A DNA stretch of 61,947 nt from Clostridiales bacterium (GTDB lineage: Bacteria > Bacillota > Clostridia > Christensenellales > CAG-314), in assembly GCA_022508325.1 (NCBI GenBank), contig JAFLVL010000002.1, positions 1-61,947 on the forward strand, in the 5' to 3' direction. The position numbers and the translations under genes were made by a program. Position 1 is the first letter of the stretch. The number at the start of each line of letters is the position of its first letter. The notes under the pieces were generated by a model, which worked only from the letters and a program-made list of their open reading frames with translations, had not been told where the DNA came from and did no database searches. Of this stretch, positions 54,501-61,947 are shown in pieces.

Positions 54501-56303
54501 TCAAGCCTTTGATAGCAATTCGCTAGCTACTTTGAATACGCCGTCAAAATCCAGACCGTTTTGAAGCAATTGCTCTGCTACTTTCGCATGTTTGACAAAT
54601 TGGTCGTCAACGCCCAAACATTTCACAGATATTTCTCGGTTATTTCTAGCAAAATACGCAACAACGCTTTGCCCAAAACCGCCCTGCAAAACATTTTCTT
54701 CCAAAGTCAAGATGTTGCGGGTCTGTAATCCATTCAAAAGCTGTTCGTCCAATGGTTTGACGGTCGTCACTGCCACCACGTCTACGCCGTCCAGTGCGTC
54801 AGCAACCTTCAAAGCTGTACAAATCATATTATCGCCGACAGCAAATATTGTCAATTTGCTATTCTCGACCTTTCTAAGCACCTTCCAACGTCCGTCAAAA
54901 TGGCGTTCTTCATTGCATAAACATTTGGAGTACCTAATCGCGACAGACCCCTTCTCGTTTAGGCTCGTTTCAATCATCTGAGACAATTCGGAATAGGTCG
55001 AGGGCGTCCATATCTTGATATTTGGAATTTGATTTAGATATGACAAGTCAAAAAGTCCTTGGTGAGTCTTACCGTCGTCACCTACAAAGCCTGCTCTGTC
55101 AATCAAGAATGTCACAGGTAGGTTTTGCAATGCCACGTCATGCAATATTTGGTCATAACTACGTTGCAGAAAGGTCGAATATATCGCCACAAAGGGTCTT
55201 GCGCCGCCTTTGGCCAAACCGGCAGCAAATGTCACGGCATGTTCCTCGGCAATTCCCACGTCGAAGAATCTGTCTTCAAATTTATCTTTAAAAGCGTCCA
55301 GTCCTGTTGCGCGTGCCATTGCGGCGCATACTGCCACAACGTCAGAACGCTCTTCTGCAAGTCGACACAGCGTATCGCTAACTACCTGCGCGCATTCCAA
55401 CCCGACGTCTACTCCTGCTCTATTGACAGCGTGGTACGTTTCGGGATCTTGCTCGGCAGGGAGATAGCCTTTGCCTTTTTTCGTCACAATATGTAGTAAG
55501 GTTGGTTTGCTTACGTTGTTCTTTATTTTCGTGAGGTAATAAACGAGGTCCTTGACCTCATTGCCGTCGATAATTCCAACGTATTTCAAATCAAACGTAT
55601 CAAAATAGCTGTTGCGAACGTAACCAAGCTTTGCGCGACGCTTACACCACCTCAAGAAACCGTACATTGGCTTGCCGACAAGCGGAATTGCCGTGAGAAA
55701 GCGTTTCAAACGCTCCTTGTTGCGGTCGTACTTACCCACGCGGAGCTTTGACATATTGAGAGTCGCCGAACCAACATTGTCGCTTATGGACATATTGTTG
55801 TCGTTGAGTATTATCAACATATTCGTATCATTCACGTTATTCAACGCCTCGTAGGTCATTCCACACGTCATTGAGCCGTCGCCAACGACTGCGACGACCT
55901 TATAATCCTTGCCAAGAGTATCGCGCGCCTTAGCCAGTCCTAACGCTGCAGAAATTGCGGTACCTGCATGCCCTGTATTAAAGGTGTCTACTTCGTTCTC
56001 TTCGCAATCGGGAAAACCGCTGATACCTCCACTGCTTCTCAATGAAGAAAAATTCTCACCCCTAGAGGTAAGAATTTTGTGAGCGTAACATTGATGACCT
56101 ACGTCCCACACAATTCTGTCGTCTTCGCCAAAAACGTAATGAAGAGCGACGGTAAGTTCGACAACCCCCAAATTGCTTGCCAAATGTCCGCCGCTCTGCC
56201 CGACCTCGGCAATGAGTTTAGCGCGAATGTCGGCGCACAGTTCAGGCAACTGTTTGACGTCAAGTCTTTTCAAATCTTGTATAGTTTTTATTTGTTCAAG
56301 CAC
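54501..56303 (-). CDS. dxs: 1-deoxy-D-xylulose-5-phosphate synthase
   Basis: ThDP motif 'GDGSMTCGMTYEALNN' and transketolase-like domains. GTG start 1 nt after the upstream stop, with a GAAGGA Shine-Dalgarno. Confidence 0.92.
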   Translation of the reverse strand: MLEQIKTIQDLKRLDVKQLPELCADIRAKLIAEVGQSGGHLASNLGVVELTVALHYVFGEDDRIVWDVGHQCYAHKILTSRGENFSSLRSSGGISGFPDCEENEVDTFNTGHAGTAISAALGLAKARDTLGKDYKVVAVVGDGSMTCGMTYEALNNVNDTNMLIILNDNNMSISDNVGSATLNMSKLRVGKYDRNKERLKRFLTAIPLVGKPMYGFLRWCKRRAKLGYVRNSYFDTFDLKYVGIIDGNEVKDLVYYLTKIKNNVSKPTLLHIVTKKGKGYLPAEQDPETYHAVNRAGVDVGLECAQVVSDTLCRLAEERSDVVAVCAAMARATGLDAFKDKFEDRFFDVGIAEEHAVTFAAGLAKGGARPFVAIYSTFLQRSYDQILHDVALQNLPVTFLIDRAGFVGDDGKTHQGLFDLSYLNQIPNIKIWTPSTYSELSQMIETSLNEKGSVAIRYSKCLCNEERHFDGRWKVLRKVENSKLTIFAVGDNMICTALKVADALDGVDVVAVTTVKPLDEQLLNGLQTRNILTLEENVLQGGFGQSVVAYFARNNREISVKCLGVDDQFVKHAKVAEQLLQNGLDFDGVFKVASELLSKA

Positions 56304-56304
56304 G

Positions 56305-56958
56305 TTATCCTTCTTTGCGGAAAATACTCAATACTTTTGCCACACCAAAAATAATCTTATTGGCTTGTTTGACAGCGATTCCTTTCCCTGCTGCTTTCAA
56401 CGTTATTGTAAGGGTGGAAATCACTGCATATATTGCAACAGATATTACAAAGCTAATCTTTGCATCCAAAGACGCTTCCGTCGCAAAAAACACCAAGGTC
56501 GCAGCGCTGATACCGGACACTATGCCACACACGTCTCCCACTATGTCGCAGCATACTGACGAAACGACATCGCTCTTTTGAGACAGTTTGACTGCGAGCT
56601 TGGCACCGCGCACCTTCCTCGACGCCATTGCCAGAAACGGCTGTATGTCACACGCTGTAGAAGCCGTACCGATAATGTCGAATACGACGCCCAACAGTAA
56701 AATGATGACAGTAAGTATCGTTGCCAGCCACCAACTAGCATCTCCTAATACCAACGTAGATGCGGCGTTAACTGCCGCCGACAAAACGAGAGTAATCAAT
56801 AGAGCTTTCAACGGCCACAGATTACGTTTCTTTTTCTTCTTGTCAGAACGTTCTTTATCTTTCTTTTTGTATTGTTCCTTTGCTACTTGTTCCGCAGTTT
56901 GACTGTCGGAAGATTGCACTTCTTCTTCCTGTCGCGGAACAGAATCTGTATTCTTCAT
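56305..56958 (-). CDS. oapA: OapA-like small membrane protein (OLE-associated protein A candidate)
   Basis: 217 aa with a Lys/Glu-rich N-terminus and about 4 TM helices. It lies between the OLE-like RNA locus and dxs, the published oapA position. Confidence 0.55.
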   Translation of the reverse strand: MKNTDSVPRQEEEVQSSDSQTAEQVAKEQYKKKDKERSDKKKKKRNLWPLKALLITLVLSAAVNAASTLVLGDASWWLATILTVIILLLGVVFDIIGTASTACDIQPFLAMASRKVRGAKLAVKLSQKSDVVSSVCCDIVGDVCGIVSGISAATLVFFATEASLDAKISFVISVAIYAVISTLTITLKAAGKGIAVKQANKIIFGVAKVLSIFRKEG

Positions 56959-56996
56959 AATTCTCCACTACAAGCAAGTTTTCTCAATTTTATAAT

Positions 56997-57616
56997 AAAA
57001 AAAGGTGGTGACTCGTCAGATAAACCTTACGGCATAGGTTCAGTAGGATTTCCCAAGCAGAAACTCCCCGTCGCCGAAGAAGCAGTTTCCTTTTAATTCC
57101 GCCTATGCGGTGTCACCACTCGCATAACTGAATCGCCACTTAGTCCGTACTATAATCTCTGACAAGCCTGAATTGCAGTCTAGAAGATTTCCTTTACAGA
57201 AACCGTCGTACTTTAGTTTCTTTTGCAAAATTCATTTCGTAAAGCAATCGGAATTGCGTCGTAGGCCAACAAACACAACCCGTTCAGTACTCCCAAAATT
57301 TCACTCAAAACAAGCTACACTGTACACAGCTTTTTATTCACCGCATAGCAGGTTTAACCTCAGAGAGTAATCACTTATTTATTAGGCAACTACCCTGTTG
57401 AGTCTCCACGAATATTGGGGATAGAGCGTATGCCATTACACCTTACCCAATATCCTTAACTCCCAGCACAAGCCCCCGTTTGGGCAACGAAAGCAAGCAC
57501 AAGAAGCTTCATCGATGTGCTCGTCGACGGTCTTTTAGGCCCGCCTTCAATACGTCAGTTTCTGACTAGAATACTGCACCACCAAGTTTTTATTAAGTTT
57601 TCGAGCCAAAAGCTCA
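56997..57616 (-). ncRNA. ole: OLE (ornate, large, extremophilic) RNA candidate, about 620 nt
   Basis: 738-bp gap between oapA-like and ispA with no credible ORF. Promoter at 57623-57651. The 3' end is closed by a stem (57112-57119 pairs with 57004-57011) followed by U7 (plus-strand A-run 56997-57003). Many internal hairpins. The nusB-folD-xseA-xseB-ispA-[RNA]-oapA-dxs...recN neighbourhood matches the published OLE locus. Confidence 0.65.
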
Positions 57617-57622
57617 TTTTGT

Positions 57623-57651
57623 ATTGTACCACAAACCTTCGCAAAATGCAA
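57623..57651 (-). promoter_or_regulatory. sigma-A promoter TTGCAT-N17-(TGG)TACAAT for the OLE-like RNA
   Basis: The reverse complement of 57646-57651 is TTGCAT and of 57623-57631 is TGGTACAAT (extended -10). Spacer is 17 nt. Confidence 0.55.
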
Positions 57652-57696
57652 ACGGTTTAAATATATGCAAATATATTGAGTAATTGTTACTGCTAA

Positions 57697-58506
57697 TTAC
57701 TTTTGCCTTGACAAGTTCGCGTCGCAGAATTCCTTGATATAAGTGAGGTCGTAAGGAAGACGGTCGCACGCAGCCTTGATTTCATCGCTTAACTTTTCGG
57801 CGTATTCGCGTAGCTCACGTCGGCTAAAAACGTCCAAAAACGACTTTTCGCACTTCTCGGAATCGAGTAGGTCGTCAATTACCTGATAGCAAATTCCGAT
57901 TTTACACGCAATATTGTCAAATACCGACACTTCCTCGTCTGTCGCCCCGCCAACAAGTGCTCCGCATACGAGCGCCGCTCTGATGAGTGTTCCGGTCTTG
58001 TTGAGAGCAACCTCTGTCGCCTGCTCCACCGTCGTAGTCTCGGTGAAAAGGTCCAACGACTGTCCGTGCACAAGCCCATGTATACCACTCATTTTGAAAA
58101 GGAACACGCAGGCCGCCTGATAACGCTTGTTAGATAGCGGTCCTGCAAGAACCGTCTCAAAAGCAAGATTCAACAGCGCGTCTCCCGCAAGAACCGCAGA
58201 CGCCTCGCCAAATTGCATGTGACAGGAGCGTTTTCCTCTACGGAAATCATCGTTATCCATACAGGGTAAATCATCGTGAATGAGCGAATAGGTATGGACG
58301 AATTCCAACGCCGCGGCAAGCTTCTTTGCGCCCTCATTGACGAAATTGCCTACTGCTTTTGCTGTAGAGAGCAACAGCATCGGGCGAAAGCGTTTTCCAC
58401 CGCTGTTAAGGCTGTATTCCATCGCCGATAGCACTTTGTCGTGAGTTTTAGGCATATTTTGCTTTAAGATTTCATCAATATAATCTACGGTAATATTAGT
58501 TTTCAT
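57697..58506 (-). CDS. ispA: polyprenyl (farnesyl/geranylgeranyl) diphosphate synthase
   Basis: First and second Asp-rich motifs 'HDDLPCMDNDDFRRGK' and 'VIDDLLD'. Confidence 0.85.
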   Translation of the reverse strand: MKTNITVDYIDEILKQNMPKTHDKVLSAMEYSLNSGGKRFRPMLLLSTAKAVGNFVNEGAKKLAAALEFVHTYSLIHDDLPCMDNDDFRRGKRSCHMQFGEASAVLAGDALLNLAFETVLAGPLSNKRYQAACVFLFKMSGIHGLVHGQSLDLFTETTTVEQATEVALNKTGTLIRAALVCGALVGGATDEEVSVFDNIACKIGICYQVIDDLLDSEKCEKSFLDVFSRRELREYAEKLSDEIKAACDRLPYDLTYIKEFCDANLSRQK

Positions 58507-58696
58507 CGATTATTTTCCTCACTTTGTCTTGGAGAATAACAAGTTTGCCTTTGCAGTCGTTAAGCGCGATCATACACTCGTCGGCAATCTGAACAGTTTG
58601 TTCGAATATTTCCAGCGATTTCTCTAAGGAGACGTTCTCGTCCTCTATTTGACTTGCCAAGCTGTCAAGTTTGGTAATTTTTTCTTCTAAACTCAT
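58496..58696 (-). CDS. xseB: exodeoxyribonuclease VII small subunit
   Basis: 66-aa helical protein ('SLEKSLEIFEQTVQIADEC') directly after xseA. Confidence 0.85.
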   Translation of the reverse strand: MSLEEKITKLDSLASQIEDENVSLEKSLEIFEQTVQIADECMIALNDCKGKLVILQDKVRKIIDEN

Positions 58697-59868
58697 TTTT
58701 CCTTCTCCTTTTCCGTGACCTTAGCTGCGACACTTCCGTCTTGAAGGGTCAACCTAATCTCGTCGCCAACGTTTAGTTGCGCAACAGAATGTACCACACC
58801 CCCACCGCTTGACACATAGCCGTAGCCACGCCTCAAAATAGTTACGGGATTGAGACTAGACAATTTATTGACTGCCTTATCTAGCTGCATTATATTTCTG
58901 TCTGCCTTCATTTTGCAACTGCTCTCAATGCTTTTGAGACAAAACTTTACGCGATTTTGTTGCGAAACGATTTTATGTCCAATGTCCGAGTTGATAATCC
59001 GTACGTCGTAGCAAACTTGCTCTTTGAGCTGTTGCAGTCGCGAACTGACGACGCTATTGATTTTCTGAATGGCGGTTGTTACTCTAAACCTTTCGCGAGT
59101 TACGTCGATTGTGACAAATTCTGCCGCCTCGCTAGGGGTTACAGCGCGCCTGTCCGCCGCAAAGTCAGCCAGAGTAAAGTCTATTCCGTGCCCTACCGCC
59201 GAGACGATGGGCTTAACGCAGCTTGCAATAGCTCGAACGACCTTTTCGGAATTGAACACCGACAAGTCTTCATTAGACCCGCCACCGCGACCGACGATTA
59301 CAACGTCTACGTCACTGCTATTGAAATATTCAATTCCGCGCGTTATCTCGCCCTCAGCGCCGACGCCCTGAACCTTGACAGGGTACAGCAGGAGGTCGGA
59401 AAAAGGCTGTCTACGCAGAGCGACGTTGGTTATGTCGTGTATGACCGCGCCTGTTTCACTGGTGACAATGCCGATTTTTCTAGCGCAATGCGGCACTACC
59501 TTTTTGCGTTCTTCGTCAAAAAGCCCCTCTTTTGCGAGTCTTTCTTTCAATTCGACAAAACGCAGGTAAGCCGCGCCGGTATTGGTAGTTGCCGTAAGTC
59601 TACGCGCATACAGCGACACAGAACCGCTTCTGACGAAGTAATTCAGCTGTCCTTCGACGACTGCCACCATTCCGCTAGTAGGCTCTCCTACGCTATCGTA
59701 GCAAAAGCAATTTACGGCTGCGTTGTCGTCCTTTAATGAAAAGTACCAGCCGTCACGAGCGCGCTTAACGTTGGTGATTTCGCCGCAGACAGTCAAGTCG
59801 TTCAGCACCGAATCAATGTCAAAAATGCCGTGAATGTAGTTGTTGAGTTGGGTTACAGTTATTGTCAT
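58693..59868 (-). CDS. xseA: exodeoxyribonuclease VII large subunit
   Basis: N-terminal OB fold ('GEITNVKR...GWYFSLKD') and catalytic core 'GRGGGS.EDL'. ATGA overlap with folD. Confidence 0.9.
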   Translation of the reverse strand: MTITVTQLNNYIHGIFDIDSVLNDLTVCGEITNVKRARDGWYFSLKDDNAAVNCFCYDSVGEPTSGMVAVVEGQLNYFVRSGSVSLYARRLTATTNTGAAYLRFVELKERLAKEGLFDEERKKVVPHCARKIGIVTSETGAVIHDITNVALRRQPFSDLLLYPVKVQGVGAEGEITRGIEYFNSSDVDVVIVGRGGGSNEDLSVFNSEKVVRAIASCVKPIVSAVGHGIDFTLADFAADRRAVTPSEAAEFVTIDVTRERFRVTTAIQKINSVVSSRLQQLKEQVCYDVRIINSDIGHKIVSQQNRVKFCLKSIESSCKMKADRNIMQLDKAVNKLSSLNPVTILRRGYGYVSSGGGVVHSVAQLNVGDEIRLTLQDGSVAAKVTEKEKEK

Positions 59869-60686
59869 TTTTGGTTGTTCAACGCTTTACACAGGTTTTC
59901 AAAAAGAGTTGCGCGAGTAACAGGTCCCACGCCACCGGGAACAGGGGAAACCGCCGCCACTACGTCATAAACCTCTTTTGCCACGTCCCCGCAGGTTTTT
60001 CCGTTAACGAAGCTAAGTCCAACGTCAATTACTACCGTATTGCTCGTGACGAAGTCTTTGGTTATGAGTCCTGCGACACCGCATGCAGAAATGAGCACGT
60101 CTGCGTTTCTGCAAATTGCAGGTAAATCCACAGTCTTGGTGTGACAAACCGTCACAGTAGCGTTTCTTTGCAATGCCATTAGCGCGAGAGGCTTGCCTAC
60201 GGCGTTACCTCTGCCGACAATTACTACGTGTTTGCCCTGCAAGTCTATATTATAAAAATCAAGCAGTCTCAATACTGCTAACGGTGTCGCGGGGTAAAGT
60301 CCGTCCCCTCCCTTGTATAATTTCGCAATTGACAACGGATTGATGCAATCTACGTCTTTATCGACCGGCACAAAATTGACTGCATTAGCGTAATCCTTGG
60401 ATAACGGCTGTTGCACTATCACGCCGGTCACATCAGCGTGCCTGCACATATCCTCGACCGTTTCACAAAATAGTTCGGGAATAAGCGTGGCGGTTACAAG
60501 AACTTCGTTACACTCAAAGCCAAAGTTCGACGCGCTCTTCTTTAAAGAATTTGAGTACTGTAGCCAAGCTTCACTCTCAACGAAACCGATTGTGCAAAGT
60601 GTTCCGTGGCGCGAACCGCGTGCGGCTATTACTTTTTCAGAAATACTATCGGCGACAGGCTTTCCAAGTAGGAGCTTCGCGCTCAT
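59865..60686 (-). CDS. folD: bifunctional methylenetetrahydrofolate dehydrogenase/cyclohydrolase
   Basis: 'GRGNAVGKPLALML'-type NADP loop and 'PVPGGVGPVT' C-terminal motif. ATGA overlap with nusB. Confidence 0.9.
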   Translation of the reverse strand: MSAKLLLGKPVADSISEKVIAARGSRHGTLCTIGFVESEAWLQYSNSLKKSASNFGFECNEVLVTATLIPELFCETVEDMCRHADVTGVIVQQPLSKDYANAVNFVPVDKDVDCINPLSIAKLYKGGDGLYPATPLAVLRLLDFYNIDLQGKHVVIVGRGNAVGKPLALMALQRNATVTVCHTKTVDLPAICRNADVLISACGVAGLITKDFVTSNTVVIDVGLSFVNGKTCGDVAKEVYDVVAAVSPVPGGVGPVTRATLFENLCKALNNQK

Positions 60687-61072
60687 TTCAAACTCCTTAA
60701 ATACGCCGCCAAAATGCCGTTGACGTAGCTAACGCTCTTGTCTGTAGAATACTTCTTTACGATGCTCACCGCTTCGTTAATGACGACAGGGCGCGGGGTG
60801 TCCATATTTATCATTTCGTACAGAGCCATTTCAAGCGCCGCAAGGTCGGGGCGATAAATACGTGATAGCTTGAAGGAGCGGGAAAATTCACTTATAATTT
60901 TGTCCAACTCTTCCTTTTGCGATACGACACCGCTAACTAACTCTGTGGCGAACTTGACGTCATCTTCATCCAACTTTGTTTGATCGAACTGCGAAAAGTT
61001 GGCGTCGTCGACGCCAGTCATTAGATAGGTATATATTTTGCAAAATGCCACTTCTCTTGCGTAACTTCTCAT
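60683..61072 (-). CDS. nusB: transcription antitermination factor NusB
   Basis: 129-aa helical protein ('REVAFCKIY', 'INEAVSIVKKY'). Confidence 0.9.
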   Translation of the reverse strand: MRSYAREVAFCKIYTYLMTGVDDANFSQFDQTKLDEDDVKFATELVSGVVSQKEELDKIISEFSRSFKLSRIYRPDLAALEMALYEMINMDTPRPVVINEAVSIVKKYSTDKSVSYVNGILAAYLRSLK

Positions 61073-61144
61073 CTTTGCTCCAAAACACGCGAAAGACTCT
61101 TTGTTTAAAAGAGTAAATCCCTTTCAAAACAAAGAGCCACAGCG

Positions 61145-61474
61145 TTAATTTTCATCAAATTCTACGTCGATAACGTGTACATTGACGTCCTTAACCTTGA
61201 ACTCGGTCATGCTTTCAATGGTGTTCTTGACCGTGTTCTGGATCGTGCTTGCAACATCGCTGACTTCTACGTTGTACTTGAGCTTCACGTAGACGTCAAT
61301 AAACATTTCGTCGGCAACCTGCTCTACTTTGATGGATTCGCGCGCCTGCTTGGACTTGTCGGGGAATTTCACCACGCCCTCGATTTCCGCCAAAGCGCAA
61401 TCAACGATATCGGGCACCAACTCGCTGCTGTACACAAGCCGTCCTGCTTCATCAAATCTATTTATAACTTTCAT
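61145..61474 (-). CDS. Asp23/Gls24 family envelope stress protein
   Basis: 109-aa ORF with the Asp23-family pattern ('IVDCALAEIEGV', 'VEVSDVASTIQNTVKNTIE'). Same position as yqhY in Bacillus. Confidence 0.8.
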   Translation of the reverse strand: MKVINRFDEAGRLVYSSELVPDIVDCALAEIEGVVKFPDKSKQARESIKVEQVADEMFIDVYVKLKYNVEVSDVASTIQNTVKNTIESMTEFKVKDVNVHVIDVEFDEN

Positions 61475-61632
61475 AGATTGCTCCTATCTTATCTTTTGTA
61501 TAATTGTATCACAAGTTTAAAAGAAATACAACTAATGAAATCAATGTTATTATAGTATTCTCAACCAAAGGTGAAGGTGTTTGACTGGGACGCCGAGCGT
61601 AGCTCGAAGTTCCCAGACAAATACCCGAGCTG

Positions 61633-61947
61633 CTACACGGGGAGTATTTTTACGTAATCAGGTGTAACAGCGGCTTCTGTTGCCACAATGTTGTAGATAC
61701 GTACGGTATCTGCGCGTGTCAACTCATCTGCGTCGACAATTACGCTGATGTTGTCAAGTGTGGAATTCACGGTAACGAGAACGTCGTTGAAACCTTGCGC
61801 TTTGAGCAGCGTTTCGAGAAGAAGTTCCGTTTCCATAGCGTTGATTATCTGTTGCTTTCTGATGAGCGCGTTTTGTCTGGCTTCTGCGTACTCGTCGCCT
61901 TCCATAGCCAGAATTGCGTTCAGTTCGGCAATTTCGTAATCGCGAGT
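61633..61947 (-). CDS. spoIIIAH: SpoIIIAH-like protein, 5'-truncated by the window edge
   Basis: The frame stays open to position 61947. The C-terminal 'LETLLKAQGFNDVLVTVNS..ISVIV' resembles the SpoIIIAH C-domain, and the synteny with asp23-nusB matches Bacillus. Confidence 0.55.
   Translation of the reverse strand, partial: TRDYEIAELNAILAMEGDEYAEARQNALIRKQQIINAMETELLLETLLKAQGFNDVLVTVNSTLDNISVIVDADELTRADTVRIYNIVATEAAVTPDYVKILPV

Noticed and set aside
56872-57370. Plus-strand ORFs of 65-74 aa occur in the ispA-oapA gap.
   Set aside because: They lie on the strand opposite to every neighbouring gene and have no translation signals. The region is better explained by a structured minus-strand RNA (OLE candidate).
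1-61947. I looked for CRISPR arrays, tRNA/rRNA genes, tmRNA, RNase P RNA and IS elements with terminal inverted repeats.
   Set aside because: By eye I found no regularly spaced direct repeats, no GGTTCGAATCC-type T-arm or CCA-end contexts, no GAGGAAAGTCC RNase P core and no transposase-like ORF. A covariance-model scan would be needed to be definitive.

Overview
This 61.9-kb window is a chromosomal segment of an endospore-forming Firmicute, probably Clostridia-like, with almost all genes on the minus strand. The backbone is housekeeping and sporulation genes in Bacillus-like order: lexA, hflX, a xerC/D-like recombinase, ynbB-like, miaA-mutL-mutS-miaB, a class A PBP, thiI plus cysteine desulfurase, mutS2, a U32 peptidase, and pheST behind a Phe T-box leader. 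These are followed by yunB, spoVAC-AD-AE, scpAB, an M50 protease, a DD-carboxypeptidase, hup and deoB. The high-coordinate side carries spoIVB, a SpoVK-like AAA+ ATPase, recN, argR, dxs, an OapA-like membrane protein, ispA-xseB-xseA-folD-nusB, asp23 and a partial spoIIIAH. Between the OapA-like gene and ispA lies a roughly 620-nt ORF-free transcription unit that fits OLE RNA. A roughly 10.5-kb, visibly AT-rich island (38195-48809) is inserted at the 3' end of spoIVB. It is bounded by 74-bp imperfect direct repeats that both encode the last 23 codons of spoIVB, and a decayed integrase fragment sits at one end. Its cargo includes a HipA-like kinase, a DUF6870-like ORF, an RloA/RloB (AbiL-like) pair and a two-gene type I CBASS (2TM Cap15-like effector plus CD-NTase). 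The most interesting cargo is a tightly coupled four-gene operon: a 2-TM protein, a P-loop NTPase, an unannotated 59-aa ORF with a (D/E/Q)-Y-S x5 repeat ending in Val-Tyr, and an anSME-like radical SAM/SPASM enzyme. I know of no described RiPP or defence family with this composition. I recognised no rRNA, tRNA or CRISPR array. Several ORF-track starts are TTG/GTG extensions, and I trimmed them to ATG codons with Shine-Dalgarno support.
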